Assembly (NCBI GenBank): GCA_030704615.1
Contig: CM060733.1
Coordinates: 11,594,001 to 11,658,000, forward strand
Source: Takakia lepidozioides
Lineage: Eukaryota; Plantae; Bryophyta
DNA: 64,000 nucleotides
Direction: 5' to 3'
Shown: in pieces, positions 1-13,019 of the stretch
Layout of the letters: the number at the start of each line of letters is the position of its first letter
Position numbering within the stretch: the first letter of the stretch is position 1
Notes under the pieces: generated by a model
Database searches by the model: none
What the model was told of the DNA's origin: nothing
What the model saw: only the letters and a program-made list of their open reading frames with translations
Made by a program: the position numbers and the translations under genes

Positions 1-42
1 GAAGTGTAGTAATTTAAACCCACCAACATCATCACCTTTCAC

Positions 43-3000
43 CTGTCCATTGCTTTACTGTTCAAGGACATCCATGACACAACCTGGAAACATCAAGTTC
101 TCTGTCCCCCTCCACAGATGCATGTTCATTTCAACATCTCTCTAACCCTCCCTCAATAAAGCATTGTAGCAATAATCAATCATAGAAAGTCAAAATCACA
201 TTCACAGACAGACCAGAGATTGTCAGAATCTTACATCTTTTGCCCTTCTTTCTCCTGCAAAAACTTCAGCACTTGTTACTGACAAGACGACAGCTGCCTT
301 AGTGGCATTTGGTGCAACATAGTCCTTGACCGAACCCATATCCCCCAATGGGTGCAGACAAGCACCAACAGCGCCTGTCTTCAATACTACTGCCGCCGAA
401 GCATCATCAGAGTCTGCAGACAGCAGGGCAATACTACATGTGTCGACCCTACATTGAAAGTAAGCAAGGTTAAAAGGCCAATAGCCCTCCCATAGGGATT
501 GTTCAATGGCAGGCTGAGGCATCCGGTCTTTACTCATAGTTTCTTTGACAACATCCGTAAACTGGTTGGCAGTGGCTCCAGCTATTTCTGGCTGTCCATA
601 GCTAGGAGAGTGTGCAGTGTACAGTATTTCACTATGATTAGGACTATCCCTGGGGCTTTGGTGAGTGTCTTCTTTCATAATTCCACCTAGCCACTCAAGC
701 CATACCTGAAACAGCCCTGGGCTATATTGGGCATAGAAATTTCCTATGGCAACACTGATACTTGTATTGCTACGTATACACCCTTGAGGGGCCGTAAGGA
801 GGCCAGCGTCAGCTGGTTTCTCCCACCAAGTCAAATGCATAGCACCCCTGCTCTGAGGTACGTAGCCTAGCATTGATTCACTATACAAAGTAATATTCAC
901 AATGGATGGGGTGAGCTCAGTGGCTTGGAAAACACCATTGGTAGACAAAAAACGGGCCGACAGGTCAGCTTCTGAGTCATCAAACCTGCAGCTCTCTCCA
1001 TCCTGGGTTCCTAATGATGAAGGGCATAATGCCAAAATTATATTTTCTAATATACAAGAGCACTTTTCATGTGGTTGCCGAAGGTTGAAAGTGTTCAGTC
1101 TTAAGGAAAAAGACTGCAAACCTTCTTGGGTAATGAATACATCTACTTCTGGGCTCTCGAAATAAAGGGTTCCTACAAGGCCTAGAGTGGAAGTCTTGAC
1201 CTTGGGTTGAGGGGTCAGTGGTGGGGTCTTTGGAAACAAAGCGTCAGCTGGTTTGGTATGTGCTGCACATCCATCGAAACCAGTCAAATCTTTGGTGAGG
1301 CCAGAAGGTGACTTCTTCCTACAGAGAGGTGCAGGAGCATCCGACCGGCAGTTGATCTTGGCATTCTTCACTGAAAATTGTATAAGCCACTCCACATTTG
1401 TGTGCATCTGTGAAATCCCAGCTGCTGCACCAAGCTCATGAAATGCAGCCTTCCTTATCTCTGCTGCTTCTGTCCCTTGTTCACCCATATCTTCTTCCGC
1501 CAAAAAATTCCATGCCCACCCTAACATGGACGCACCTGCTGATGCAACTCGATGCACTGGTCCTTTTTTCTGCAGGCTGGCATCGTTATTAGATGCCAGC
1601 TCAGGGTCTAAGTCAAGTGACATATTAGACTCCCAGTTCCTACTCTCTTGCTCATCTGCGATCTCCCTATTCTCACTGGAATGTTCCTGCTTGGAGGTGC
1701 CTTCAGCACTTGCAACTCCTTTGTTGACTGCCCTTGCTCTGAAGGTGAGGACCATTCCCTGAAGATTCCGCAATTGTTGGTCACTGACCATTACATCCCA
1801 GGACTCCGATTGCACAGCCAATGAGCAGCGCTGCTTTGTAGTGTTCCTGATGGAAGCAAAAGCCAGCCGAATCTCACAAGAAGAGGTACGTACCAAAGGA
1901 TCTGCAAGAAAGGTGTTTACCAACACATAAGATGAAGGGGTAACAAATCTGAAGTCAAGGAATGGATCAGGAAGGCAGGCCCTAGGAAGGAGCAGTGGAA
2001 CATGATGAGGACATTTTCATTAGACTTCTATTGCCGGCCCCGCCCTCCCTATCGATGAAGTAGGAAAAGGGACAACAAGAGGGGGAAATTTTACTTGATT
2101 TAAGGTAACTCCAACTACTGGAGCGAGCCATCCCTGAAGGTAGTGGCCCTCCTGCAGCATATCTGGCCTCCCAGATTCTACACAACTACTTGTTATACCA
2201 TCATTTCAATCATACAGAGCTACGAAAGAGAGAGTCATAGATATCAATCCAACCTCGGTATGCATCCACCTTGCCATCTTCTGTGAGATTATCCAGAGAA
2301 ATTGAGATATTCCGCACAACACATTTTTTCCTTAATCCCCCCTCCGGCTCCTGCCATCAGGTTTCCGCATACAGTAGTGCACTGAGTCAAGGGAGGACTA
2401 GAAACCAGTTACAATACAACTGAGAAAACTCAAGTGATACCTAGACCTTACCTTCTCTCATGAACAACATTTTCAGTTTTCAGAACAAGGAAACCAAATC
2501 AAACGCCGGAGTCTCACCAGAAAAGCTTTCTCCCAGTTGTTGCCTGCAGAAAAGAAGGCAGCAGACTGGCAGGAAAGAGAGAGAACAGTGTCACTACCAA
2601 GGTACTTGCAAACAATGTTGTTCACCCTCACACTGATGTTGGCCAAAGCCCGCTCCAGCAATGCCCCCATCCACCCTCCTGCCCCATCTGCTTCCCCTGC
2701 ACAAAGAACACAGCCCTGATCAACACATCAATCTGGACTACATTACTTTGAACATGCCATCCAACTAATGTCTTTTCCAGCTCACATGCATCTCCTATGC
2801 ACACAAAGGTTGATGACTGAGAGTTCTACTTTGGACAAATTACATGTGGATGCCTAAACCACACCTAAAATCCAATCAGTTGCAAACAAGTCTCTCTAAT
2901 GAAGTAATACATCCTAACACAAAAATATTCAAAGTTGTGAAGGTGTAAGTTGGAGCGGTTGTAGCCTTTCTAGCAGTAGTTGCTTTTGGGCTGTTTTTTG

Positions 3001-4608
3001 GCTCTGGTTTTGTTTCCTCTCTCATGCTTTTTCCATTTTGTCCAATAAGCTCTTTGAGCTTTCCGCGGTCGTTATAAACTACCATTTCATTTCATCTCCA
3101 TGTCTGGGCCATTTTGCCAACTGCAGATACTCAATTTGGCAAGTGCAAGGATGGTGTGGAACAGACCGAACAATCCACCCTGCATGAAAGGCTGCACAAA
3201 TACCTTTCTTCAAAACTGCAACCAAGTTCCACAGGTATGGACAACGCCTTGAAAAGCGCAACCATCTCCTTTGGCCAAAACCTTTGGAGGTACCTAGATG
3301 GGAGACGGTTGACACAACAGAACCATAGCGGAGACCTTTCTCGAAACAGAAGAGTCAAGTCTTTGAATGAGAGCTAATCAGACAGCAATATCTTTAGAGA
3401 GAGGCAAAACCTGGTGGGGGAACAGTTGTAGGGGACGGGTCCACATTTGAAGTGTCAGGGCCTGCTGATGGTGAAGGAGACAGCTTCCCTTCAGCGAAGA
3501 CACACTCAACAGTGTCAAGCACCACCTCAATAGGATCGGTGGCCAGTCTTGTCCATGGTATTTGGATGTGCAGCTTGCGCGCAAATGCCCTTACAGTGGA
3601 GCATGGCAGATCCTTCACTATTTCTGCAATTTTGTCACGTGTTGCTCAATAGCTACTATATGCCTTTGAATGGGCAGAGCTCTATGTTTCTGTATTACAA
3701 ATGCAGCATGCAGTCCCAAGCTCATTCCCAAAATTCTGGTAATCCTGCAAGCATGAGCTGCTGATGCACTGTTGTGGAGGTTTTTTAGGCAATTTCAGAT
3801 GGAGCCTCATATATCCAGCAAAGCTCCTATAACTAGGTGAAATGAGTCACTGTTTCATGAAGGACCTCATAATAATCCTCACAACAGTTCAGGTTAGTTA
3901 AGTTGATTCAGACGTATCAACAATGTCGAAGAACCCAAAATTGCAAGTAACAAGTCCGTACCCTAGCTCAGGACAGAGCCAGAAAAGAAAATTGATCCAA
4001 ATCCTAGCTGAAGGCCAACCTTCCAAATTGAGTTCGAAATTTTTGAATACTATGGATCCACCAGATACAGAAATTCGTAGATCCGACACTGCTGCCCCTT
4101 CTGCGTCCTTGATGTATTTTCTTGCAAACCTAAGCACAATCTGCCATTCCAATCCCAACTCACAATTACCAAACACAAGTGTTCACAGCTGGAGTCTCGC
4201 CCTTCTGAGACAGAGAAACGAGGTGTTTCCTTATTCTGAAAGCCAAGCAGGCTTTCAACATTACCAAGAACCTGACAATTGTCCAACGTCCAGCCAGCAG
4301 AGTGACGTTAAAATAAGCCATTGTGCTTCCCCTCTCATTGTTTGCATGATTAATCACGTTCCTGTGTCAACTATTGAAACCTGGTACGGTTATGTTTGAT
4401 CCAGCATCATTTGCCATGTATCAGAAACGCTCTGCCTCAATTGGATACTATATGCATCTCTTACCAACACACATTTCAGAGGTCATATCCATAGTAACCA
4501 GAGATGGATACCCATCTGGAAAATTAGATCATTGAAGCACTCTGTGTGCACATACGGAGGGTGTAGGAGTACCGGAGTAAGAATGAAGCGCTCCACGCTG
4601 CCTATCAT
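43..4608 (-). CDS. VPS13B: VPS13B-like (Chorein-N / bridge-like lipid transfer protein), 5' part; gene continues beyond left edge
   Basis: Exons assembled by hand with GT-AG and consistent phases: 4573-4608 (MIGSVERFILTP), 4020-4140 (IVLRFARKYIK..DLRISVSGGSIVFKNFELNLE), 3411-3623 (LHIQIPWTRLATDPIEVVLDTVEC), 2518-2696 (ALANISVRVNNIVCKY..WEKAFL), 2254-2350, 235-1901 (DPLVRTSSCEIR...), 43-83. Motifs follow the metazoan VPS13B N-terminus as recalled (TPILMSYVNRYIK, IHVPWTKLGSEPV, NNVNIVINNLILKY, YQDPLL). Confidence 0.85.
2990..3098 (+). mobile_element. 3' tail of RTE-X-like LINE (CATTT-tailed family) in VPS13B intron
   Basis: tggctctggttttgtttcctctctcatg...ttccgcgg..ttataaa..accatttcatttcat closely matches 32510-32615, which follows a LINE C-terminal coding remnant. 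Confidence 0.65.
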
Positions 4609-5386
4609 AGTGACACCTTCCGCGCCCTCAACCCTACTGGATTCCAATCCACAGTCAACCGTCTCTACAAAACCATCGTTCTCACAATCATCTTCCCCCT
4701 CCCAGATCTGTCCATCCTCAATTCTTCAGCAAAATTGTCCGATTTCCAACTCCATCAAGCTGTGACACTGCTAATTCCATCGGGTCAAGCCCACAGCATG
4801 ACCTCATCTGTTCATCAACTCCAGGACTGCTGGAACAGATCACGCCGGTCTTCGTACCTCAGTGGCAGCATATTCCGCGCACCCTCCATCAAGCTACCTT
4901 CCCTCTTGCCATCTCTCTTCTTCTTTTTCTGCATCGTCAATGATTGTTTGTTCAATTTTTCCATTTTTTTTCTTTTGAAGGTCTGCATTGACTTTCTTTC
5001 GTTGTTAAAACCCTGGATCTAGTCTTTGATGTATGCGACTGTGATGCGTGAGTGTGGACTCGTTACTAACAACTGTAATAACGCAACCTGACTTGGGTTT
5101 TGTTTAGCAGCAGACACCACATTAGCTACTAAACAAACCCACTAAAACCCCATGCTGATATAGGGACTCCTTCAGAAGGAACCCTACAGTTTGATAGACC
5201 CCATCGAATCCCGTTCACAGGTGTGTTGCAATCTTGGTGTGCAAATGGCCTGGGTGCTTGAGTAGAAAGCGCATGTACAGCGCGCATACAGACTCACCTT
5301 GCAGCTTGGGTGTTTAAGGGAAATTGGCTCAAGAGTGGTTATCAGCTTTTATGTTTTTTCAGGAGTGATCTTGTGATTGCTCGACG

Positions 5387-8300
5387 ATGGAGTTCAATAG
5401 ATCTATCACGCACGGAACAGATGGAGCAGGCATGGCGGTGGCCGTCTTCCTCTTCGTGCTGATTCTGCATGTCTTTCTGCGCGTTTTGCCGTCCCGCCTT
5501 CCGGTACTCGTCTGCCCTCAATCCAACGCCATCTCAAGACAATGAGGCATGCCCTCCTCTTGCTTTGTTGTTGCGCTGTTGTCCATTACATACATGAACA
5601 CATTTCTCTTTCGGAGTAGTCAGTTAGCTTCCACTGCTTGCCGCAGTGCAAATGTGGTATTCGAAGGAAATGATTAAGTTCTAGTTTTCCTCATCAAAAC
5701 ATCGCCTTCCACTTAGCATGTGTTGTTCTTCAGATGAATTGTCACAGAATATGGAAAGTTAAGTTTGTGCTGTCGAAATTGCAGACCCATTGTTTGACGA
5801 TTCTACAGACAGCCAACTTGACCATTCAAGAGTCTTGCAGTTCATCCATTCAGAATCCTTGAAAAGGGAATTTGAGCTGCAGGAATGAAATCCCTATCGC
5901 ATTAAGAGATTGCAGTTAGTGGTTGTCATTGTTCGTCATTGTTCATCTGTCAGCATAGTGGATACATTGTCATTACTCATTCTAGCCTTATCTACCAGAA
6001 GCGGTAAAGTATCAATAGTCTGCCATATTACTTATGGGCACATTGGGTGTTGCAAATTTCGTTCGGAAATGCCAGGGTACATTACCTCCAGTATCGACCA
6101 CCATGCTAGTGTCAAGCCAGGAACAAATGTAACTCATCTAAAGCCGTAGCCCTAGCAAGTGTATGACCAACAATGTGGCAAGCTTAAAGCTCTACTGGGT
6201 ATCTACTTCTTATGATACTAGAATAGTAAAATGTACAGTTGGTTCTATGCAAAGTTGTGATGCAATCTTATAGCTGCAGCTTACTGATGAGATTGTGAGG
6301 TGCAGGGAAAGAGCATGGTAGCAGAAGAGCGTGCCTTGGTGTATGAAATCAAGGAACTTCTTTCCGAGGCGAATGTCCTTTCGACGTAAGTCGTATCTCC
6401 CGATAGCAAATCTGTCTTGGTTAATGCAAGATGATTGTCAGGATAGCAACTTGGCGAGTACTTTTCATACCATGTGGCCATAGACTTGCCCCTGTTGGAG
6501 GGAGCAGAGGGGTTATTCTTTTCAATATCCCTTCATTGAATGGTTCCGTAATTTGCAGGCCATCGACCTTTGCCAAGTCTGCAAAATTGAGGCGTGCTGC
6601 CACAGCCAAAGAGAAAAAGCTCTCTGAATGTAAGTTGCGGGGAGATTTGGTCAACCCCAGACACCAATAGAGGATTCATCTTCTGTCCTCACCAACTGGT
6701 ATCGTGCATTACAGGAGAAATATATCATCTTTGAGATAGAAGAGAAATGAAATGAAATGGTGCTTTATAAGAGAGAAAGCAAGAAAGGTAGACATAGAGA
6801 CAGTGAGATTTACTCCTTACGGTGCTTGTCATGTCATGACCTTCTGGCTGGAGATCATCTTCTTGTCTGGAGAGAATGAGTGTAAAGTGACAGATCAAGT
6901 GAACAAAGGGTGTGTAATTTTGACATAGCAGTTCTGTAGGCGCGGCAGGTCTTTGATGCAGAGATTTAGGGCACTGAAGTCTATGCACCTTTGTGCCCTG
7001 CAGTGAGGCAATCTCTCTCTCAACAAAAACGGCTGGCAGTTACACTGCTATCCTCCCTTCCGACACTGTTCAAGGTGTTGTTCTCTTTCTCACTTCTCTT
7101 CAGTTTCCCTTCCTTTTTTCTGTTGCACTTGTTGCTGCTCTTCTCATTCTGGTTTTGTGCACATTATGATGGTTGTTTATTTATGTTCTGAATGGTAGCA
7201 GATTACTTGTATACCAGAATAGAATGAGTAGCTCTGGATGTATTTTTCTTTTTCCTTCTGTGAGATAAAAGAGTTTTTCTTACTGCTCTATTCAGTGTGA
7301 GGGGGGCAGTGTTTCTGAAACCACTAGAAGTGATGACATGAAGAGGGGGATAGCCAGACATATCATGCTTCTTGTAGTGCCCTTAGTTCTCCCTTAGCAT
7401 AGCAGCAGTCAGAATGCCACAGGGCGGTGACAGTAAAGTTGGGCAGAGAGCATGAACCTAAGCCTTGCACACTCCATATGCAACCTTCTCACTGGGCAGG
7501 GTGTTATCTTACCAAAGTCCGACAGAAAGTATGAAGGGGCGCAATACCCTGTACAGGACCTCACTTTCAGGCTGCCTTTGTGCACCCCTCAGGGGAGCCC
7601 ATGAGGAGCTTCATCCTACAAGGTCTCCGCTGCTGGGATTCCAACAATCTGACATGGATGAATTGTGTGTAGGTTGTGATATACATGGGATTAGCAGGGT
7701 GGTTTTGGTACACTCCAGTGGCTTCTGTCCCTTCTACATTGCTGCAGCCCTTTGGTGCGTAATCATTCTCTTTACGTTACTTTTAAAATGAAGGTCACTG
7801 ATATTTGTATGCAAACATGGTTGGACACAATATCTAGCACATTCAAATAACTTGGCCAAGTGACGTAATGATGAATTTCTGCCAAACTGCTGGATTGAAA
7901 CTATGCTGAAGGGAGGTGGAATTGGTCACTCTGTCAATACCATGTAATGGAGACAAATCGTATTCCAACAGTGATTGTTCCTACAATCTTTTATGTAGTT
8001 CAAGTGTCACCGTTCTAGATAATTCATAAAGTCAATGCTGGCTTTCATCTTGAGTAGGTTATGCGCACATCTGTTAGCACATCTGGTAGTTTGAAATGAC
8101 TGTCAAAGAGTAGGCCTTCATTGGTGGCTTCTTTTGTGAGGATTGACTGTTTGTGCGATGATCAGACAAAATCATAGCGATGAAGGGAGGGGAGCCAAAT
8201 ATTGTGAAGGTAAATTTTTTCCCACTTTACATCCTGAATCTGTCTTATCCATTGCAAAACCTTTTTTAAGACCAACAAATTCTTCTGATCTTCTAATTGT

Positions 8301-8533
8301 ATTCATTATTTCTGTCTCCAGTGCTCGGATGTATGTAGATTGCACACACTAAATATAGAACATTAAACTTCAACATATTACTGGCCAACCAATGTAAGTG
8401 CTGTTTATGAAGATAAAGTGAGGTAAGCTGGGTGTGCACGGGCTTGCAGGTGGGCATCCTTCCATGGCTGTCTGTGAGTGACCATGTCAGCAATTATCTT
8501 TTGCAGAAGGTCTGGCAGAGGCAAGTCAGTTAG
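5387..8533 (+). CDS. GET1: GET1/WRB tail-anchored protein insertase
   Basis: Seven exons: 5387-5503 (TM1), 6306-6385 (EERALVYEIKELLSEANVLST), 6559-6629 (PSTFAKSAKLRRAATAKEKKL), 7004-7074, 7673-7754 (VVIYMGLAGWFWYTPVASVPSTLLQPF), 8166-8209, 8450-8533 (VGILPWLSVS...stop). Matches plant GET1 motifs PxTFAxxAKLRR, WxTPxA, QPF, VGIxPWL. Confidence 0.92.
6741..6790 (-). repeat. Extremely 5'-truncated CATTT-tailed LINE end in GET1 intron
   Basis: Reverse complement reads cttataaagcaccatttcatttcatttc, nearly identical to the terminus at 32584-32615. Confidence 0.5.
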
Positions 8534-10410
8534 CTGCCTGACTTCAAATATCTTTTGTTCCCTGCATTGATATTGGAGCCTTACAACTTGTCATGCTCAT
8601 CAGCATCCTGCTGCAAATGTAGCACTCCTCCCCCTCATGCTGCTCAGAGAAGATGAGGGGGAGAGAGAGGTGTTGATCAATCGTGATCAATTGCAGTGGA
8701 TGTACGGTCAGAAATTGTACTATTGTTTATCAAAAATATGTTATTTTAAATGTATTACTCTCAAACATTTGAGGTCGGCTCCCTTCCTGAAACAGCTTGT
8801 CTATGATCCCCCCAACTCCAAAAACATTTTGGAGGTAGCTGTTCGATTTCGAGTAGTATACATGCTTCAATATGCTTATGAGTTGCTGCTTCACCAGTCA
8901 GTCTTCCTTCCCCTTCGCGCTGCACAGCCACGTTTAGTCGGCGTCGTCACTATGCACACGAATGTTCCCACTTTTTTAAGTGTAACATTTTATGCTTCCT
9001 TCAGTCATTACATCACTAAGGGGTCGGATTGCTTCACTTTCTCATGCTCAAGATCGCTCAAGGCTTCCCGAATTCCAATCGTCTGAAAAATGCTACACTC
9101 TAACAGGAAACATCTCCAATCACACCGCGCGAATTATGGAATGGCCGGTATGACAGGTCTGGGAGTCGTACTTCTCGGGTATCAGGTCTGTGCAGGCTTA
9201 GAGACCAACATAGCCTCAACAGACAGGGTTTTCCTTCACGAATTTTACCCACAGTAAAAGTTTTCACCTCCACAAACCAAGTATATCACGAGATGTAAGA
9301 GGGTTTGCCTATACAGAATAGCTTGATGTTCATCATCACTTGTGGTTGTTTGTTATGCTCAGCATACACTTTCTTCCACATGTGCAATTGTTTCAGCTGT
9401 TGCAGGATTTTGAGTCTTGACTCTACAATGGCAACAGTAGTGACGTCTGTCGCAGACTCATAAATGTTTTTCCAAGTAATTCAGGAAGTATACAATGCTA
9501 CATTCTCTGGTCGGCATTTCAAGTAGTTGCTGTAATGCTATAATCTTTGCATCGTGTAGTAACAGACTACTCAAGATTAATCTTCAATATGCAAGACTTT
9601 TTTTCATATTCTCGTAAGTTTCATGTACTTGTTCTTGCTACCTCACTTAAGCCTCCGAATAATTTGTTTTCAAAACTCTCATCGCTGTGATTCGGCTCTG
9701 GGTACATTTAATTTCTTCCATCTTCTTGACTCATTCCTTTCCTACTCTCCCCACTTCCGCCCAATTATCCTCGGCAGATCAGTTTCTGTTTGCTAGCAGT
9801 CTCAAATCGCTACATTTCATTCCCAGAACTTCCCAGATCCTCTCGACACTCGTCTAAGAGAGACTTCCCAGACAAATCACTCATAGAAGTCACAATCGCA
9901 TGAGAAGGTATGGAAGTCGTGATAATATACCGAATTCAGACAAAACATATGCACAGGTACTTTAAAAACTGCAGTGACTACTGCAGTGATGACGAACCAG
10001 TCCACATGAATATCTGATCAACACTATTGATCATTTTATTATCACAGTTTCAGTATGAGTCGTTCGTGAGATACCCGCCTGTTTCCAGGCATTGACCTAA
10101 TTACTAGACGTATTTAAGATTCGCACAGCCAAACTACGAAAACTTACCGAAAGCACACGCTCTTGCTGAGAACACCATTATAAGGGCTGATACAACACAG
10201 TACATAGCCGCTGGAGTCTGTCCTCACCAAAGCTCTACATCTCTATTCCTTCGTAGTACATAAAAAACCGCTATATGTATTAAGTCGTCAGCTGAGGAAA
10301 CTTCTACCACTGACACTGATCGCTTGTCCACCCAGAAATTGCTCCTCTTACTGCCACCTCTTGATACTGCTGATGTCAACCTACGTCTCACTTAGTTCCA
10401 GCCTGGATAT

Positions 10411-10872
10411 TCATGCTGAAACCGAACAAGCAGAAGGATCAGTGTCACAACGGAAAAATGCTCAAACTCAAAACACTTTCACTTTTTCATGAAGCGCCGA
10501 GAAACAACCTACTTCGTTAACACTCTTATCTACACCATGGGAAAAGGAAGAGCGATTACGTTTACAAGAGAATCCCGCCGGTTCCACAATTTTGCACTTC
10601 ACGGGTATCGCCAATGCATCCCCCTCGTTAATTCCTAGATTTTTAGCTGCTTGGGATTTCATTTCATTGCAAAGACACTCCGCACTTGCCATACTGACGC
10701 CAGAGCTCTTCATTTGCGAGCAGCACAGTCCAGTGGGGAAGGAGCCCGTCGTGGCGGCAGGAAGGCAAGCTTCCATGGCTAGGAGAGATGGGCACTGCCC
10801 GGAAGCGCTGGACACCATAGCCAGGACCACCATCACTGCCAGGAAGGCACCCAAGGTCTGCAACTTGGCCAT
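10411..10872 (-). CDS. Non-specific lipid transfer protein, probably type D
   Basis: Signal peptide MAKLQTLGAFLAVMVVLAMVSSASG, then the eight-Cys motif C-X8-C-X13-CC-X14-CLC-X24-C-X9-C. A GT donor lies 4 nt after the last Cys codon (exon ends 10560), the intron position typical of type D. The tiny last exon is uncertain. Confidence 0.85.
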
Positions 10873-13019
10873 CGTAACTTCGGCAAGCGCGAGCAGAGAG
10901 AGGGAGCAGGCAGGAAAGGCAGCAAATCGCGCAGACAAGTAACGAAGGAGGATTGTGACGCTACAGTGACTGGGGAGATGCATATATATCATGGGAGCAG
11001 CCACGGTCTGTCAGTTACACTTGTCCTGCTATCCTAGTAACTGGGGTTGCCACTATTCCTTTTATGGTTTGGGGTCGCTCCTGCCTACACCAACCAGCAA
11101 TTTTGACCAGTTGGGGGGTCAGAAACAAATCATCTCCATGGCAACAAAAATTCCATCCTTGGAAGTTGGGTCATTTTGAAGTTCAGTTTATCATCAGCCC
11201 TGGTAGTTGATAACCAACTCTGGTTAGGCTGAAGTATCGGAGGAACGTTCAGTGCTGCAGATCTGACCAATCGCATCAGGGTACGGGGGCGGTGAATAAG
11301 TATAAAATTAATTAAAGGTACTATTGTGTCTGCATGGCTGCCGGTTGGGGTGTCAGAGAGTTATGGCCTAGCATATCCTTTCTCTCTGATATGAGATTTG
11401 AAAACGATGACTCATGAGGCATTCAATGTTTGGGTACCCAGTCAATGGGTCTAGGGAGGAGCGCTAGCTCCCTGCAGGCTGCAAAGACAACGTCCAGTAA
11501 ATAGGCTACATACCTCCAAGCAAAGGGAATCTGTGCATGAAATCATTCTGTTACAACCTGCTAGGATGGTGGCACAAGGGAGTGAAGAACCCACCGACAT
11601 TCTTCGCCGAAAGGCAGACTCGTGATTCATGCAGCCGGAGCTCTGATTGAGGAAAGTACCCTGTGCAAACTCTCAATCACTCACATGGGAGTGAGCTATG
11701 GGGAGTGGCCACTTTGCGTCTCCCTCCTGACATGAGTCAGTGAGGTACCGGACCCACATCATATTTGGCAGCGTAATTAAGGTGTCCGACCATCTGAGTT
11801 ATGCCTACAGTTCTCACCAACACTTCGAGATTTTTGCCCGTGATGAACCATACCGTGGGGGTCGAGAGTCGTGAGTCGTGACCGTGGTGATGACTAGGAT
11901 CCTCGCTCGCGAGGAGGCGAGATAACCAGGTTGGTCTACAAGGTGCAGTTTCTCCTTTTCCCATACGCTCCTCCTATCCTCCTTCATCGGATTTAACAGA
12001 AGATGCGATGAGCGTGTGGCACCCACACTTAATCTCCGGTTAGATAATCCAGTTTCTCCTTCCTCGCTCCCTGGTGGACCTCCAAGAAAAGCAGAAAATA
12101 GCACAAGTAGAGGACCCAGGTCTCGTTCCTGGTCCTTCGAAATGTTCCAACCGAAGATCGTTACTCTCGTTTCCATGAAACAGCAACGTCAATCAACGGC
12201 ATTTTATTATCCTTGGCGAAGGGCGCGTTGCTCATCTCGTCAATGTGTAGTACGTTCGACGACTGTGTCTCGTTGGCGCAACGGCCAAAGTGTGTGCGAT
12301 AGACCAAAGATTGATGAATGGTGCCACAGCTGAACCCGCCGCTTAGATATCTGGGAGTCTGGATTTCCTGCAAAACTGTATCTTATAACTTAATATTATG
12401 GGGACAATTTTATGGGGACGGAAAGTGTAAGTATTTGCAATTCTGTCAAGGGGAGCTGAGACTACAATTGTCCCTTATTAGAGCCTGTGTGCCACCAGGA
12501 GCATTTAATGCTTGGAAGACAAGGTTGTATTTTGGTGCTTGTCTCAAGCAAAAAGGCTGACATGCTTCAATCAAAAAGGTCGCCATTCAAATAATGAAGA
12601 TGGACAATACATATCATGTCTACTTTATGTAGATAGGTCGTCTCAAAAAGATCTTAAGGACACCTGTTGTTCCAAGCCAAGCCTCATATTTACTATGCTC
12701 AAATGATTGCTCAAGGGATCTCCAGGATAGTAGGGCTGATTAACGTTAGATAGTAGGTATGTGTGCAAATTACAATGGGATATTTTGGTACACTTGAAAT
12801 ATATCTTTCTTGGATCATAACACTGGTTGCTCACTGCAAGTGAGATGTCTTCTCATATCTGCAAAACAACTGCATATCCAGCTGTGATTTCAGAACAGAA
12901 GTAAAAAATTCATTCAAGAAGAGTGGCCTCGCCTGCACCCGTCCCAAAAAACACTACAATCATATGATGTGGGTTGGTGAGGATGTTTGAGGTGAATGGC
13001 AAGCCCTCTTACACGCCTA

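Noticed and set aside
8637-9086. 149-aa ORF after GET1, and the many short antisense ORFs in the track
   Set aside because: No recognisable motifs; they lie in UTR or intergenic DNA or are shadows of real exons and TEs.
7868-10020. C/D box snoRNAs (RTGATGA...CTGA at ~7868 and ~9986)
   Set aside because: The boxes are too close together, with no terminal stem or recognisable rRNA antisense element.
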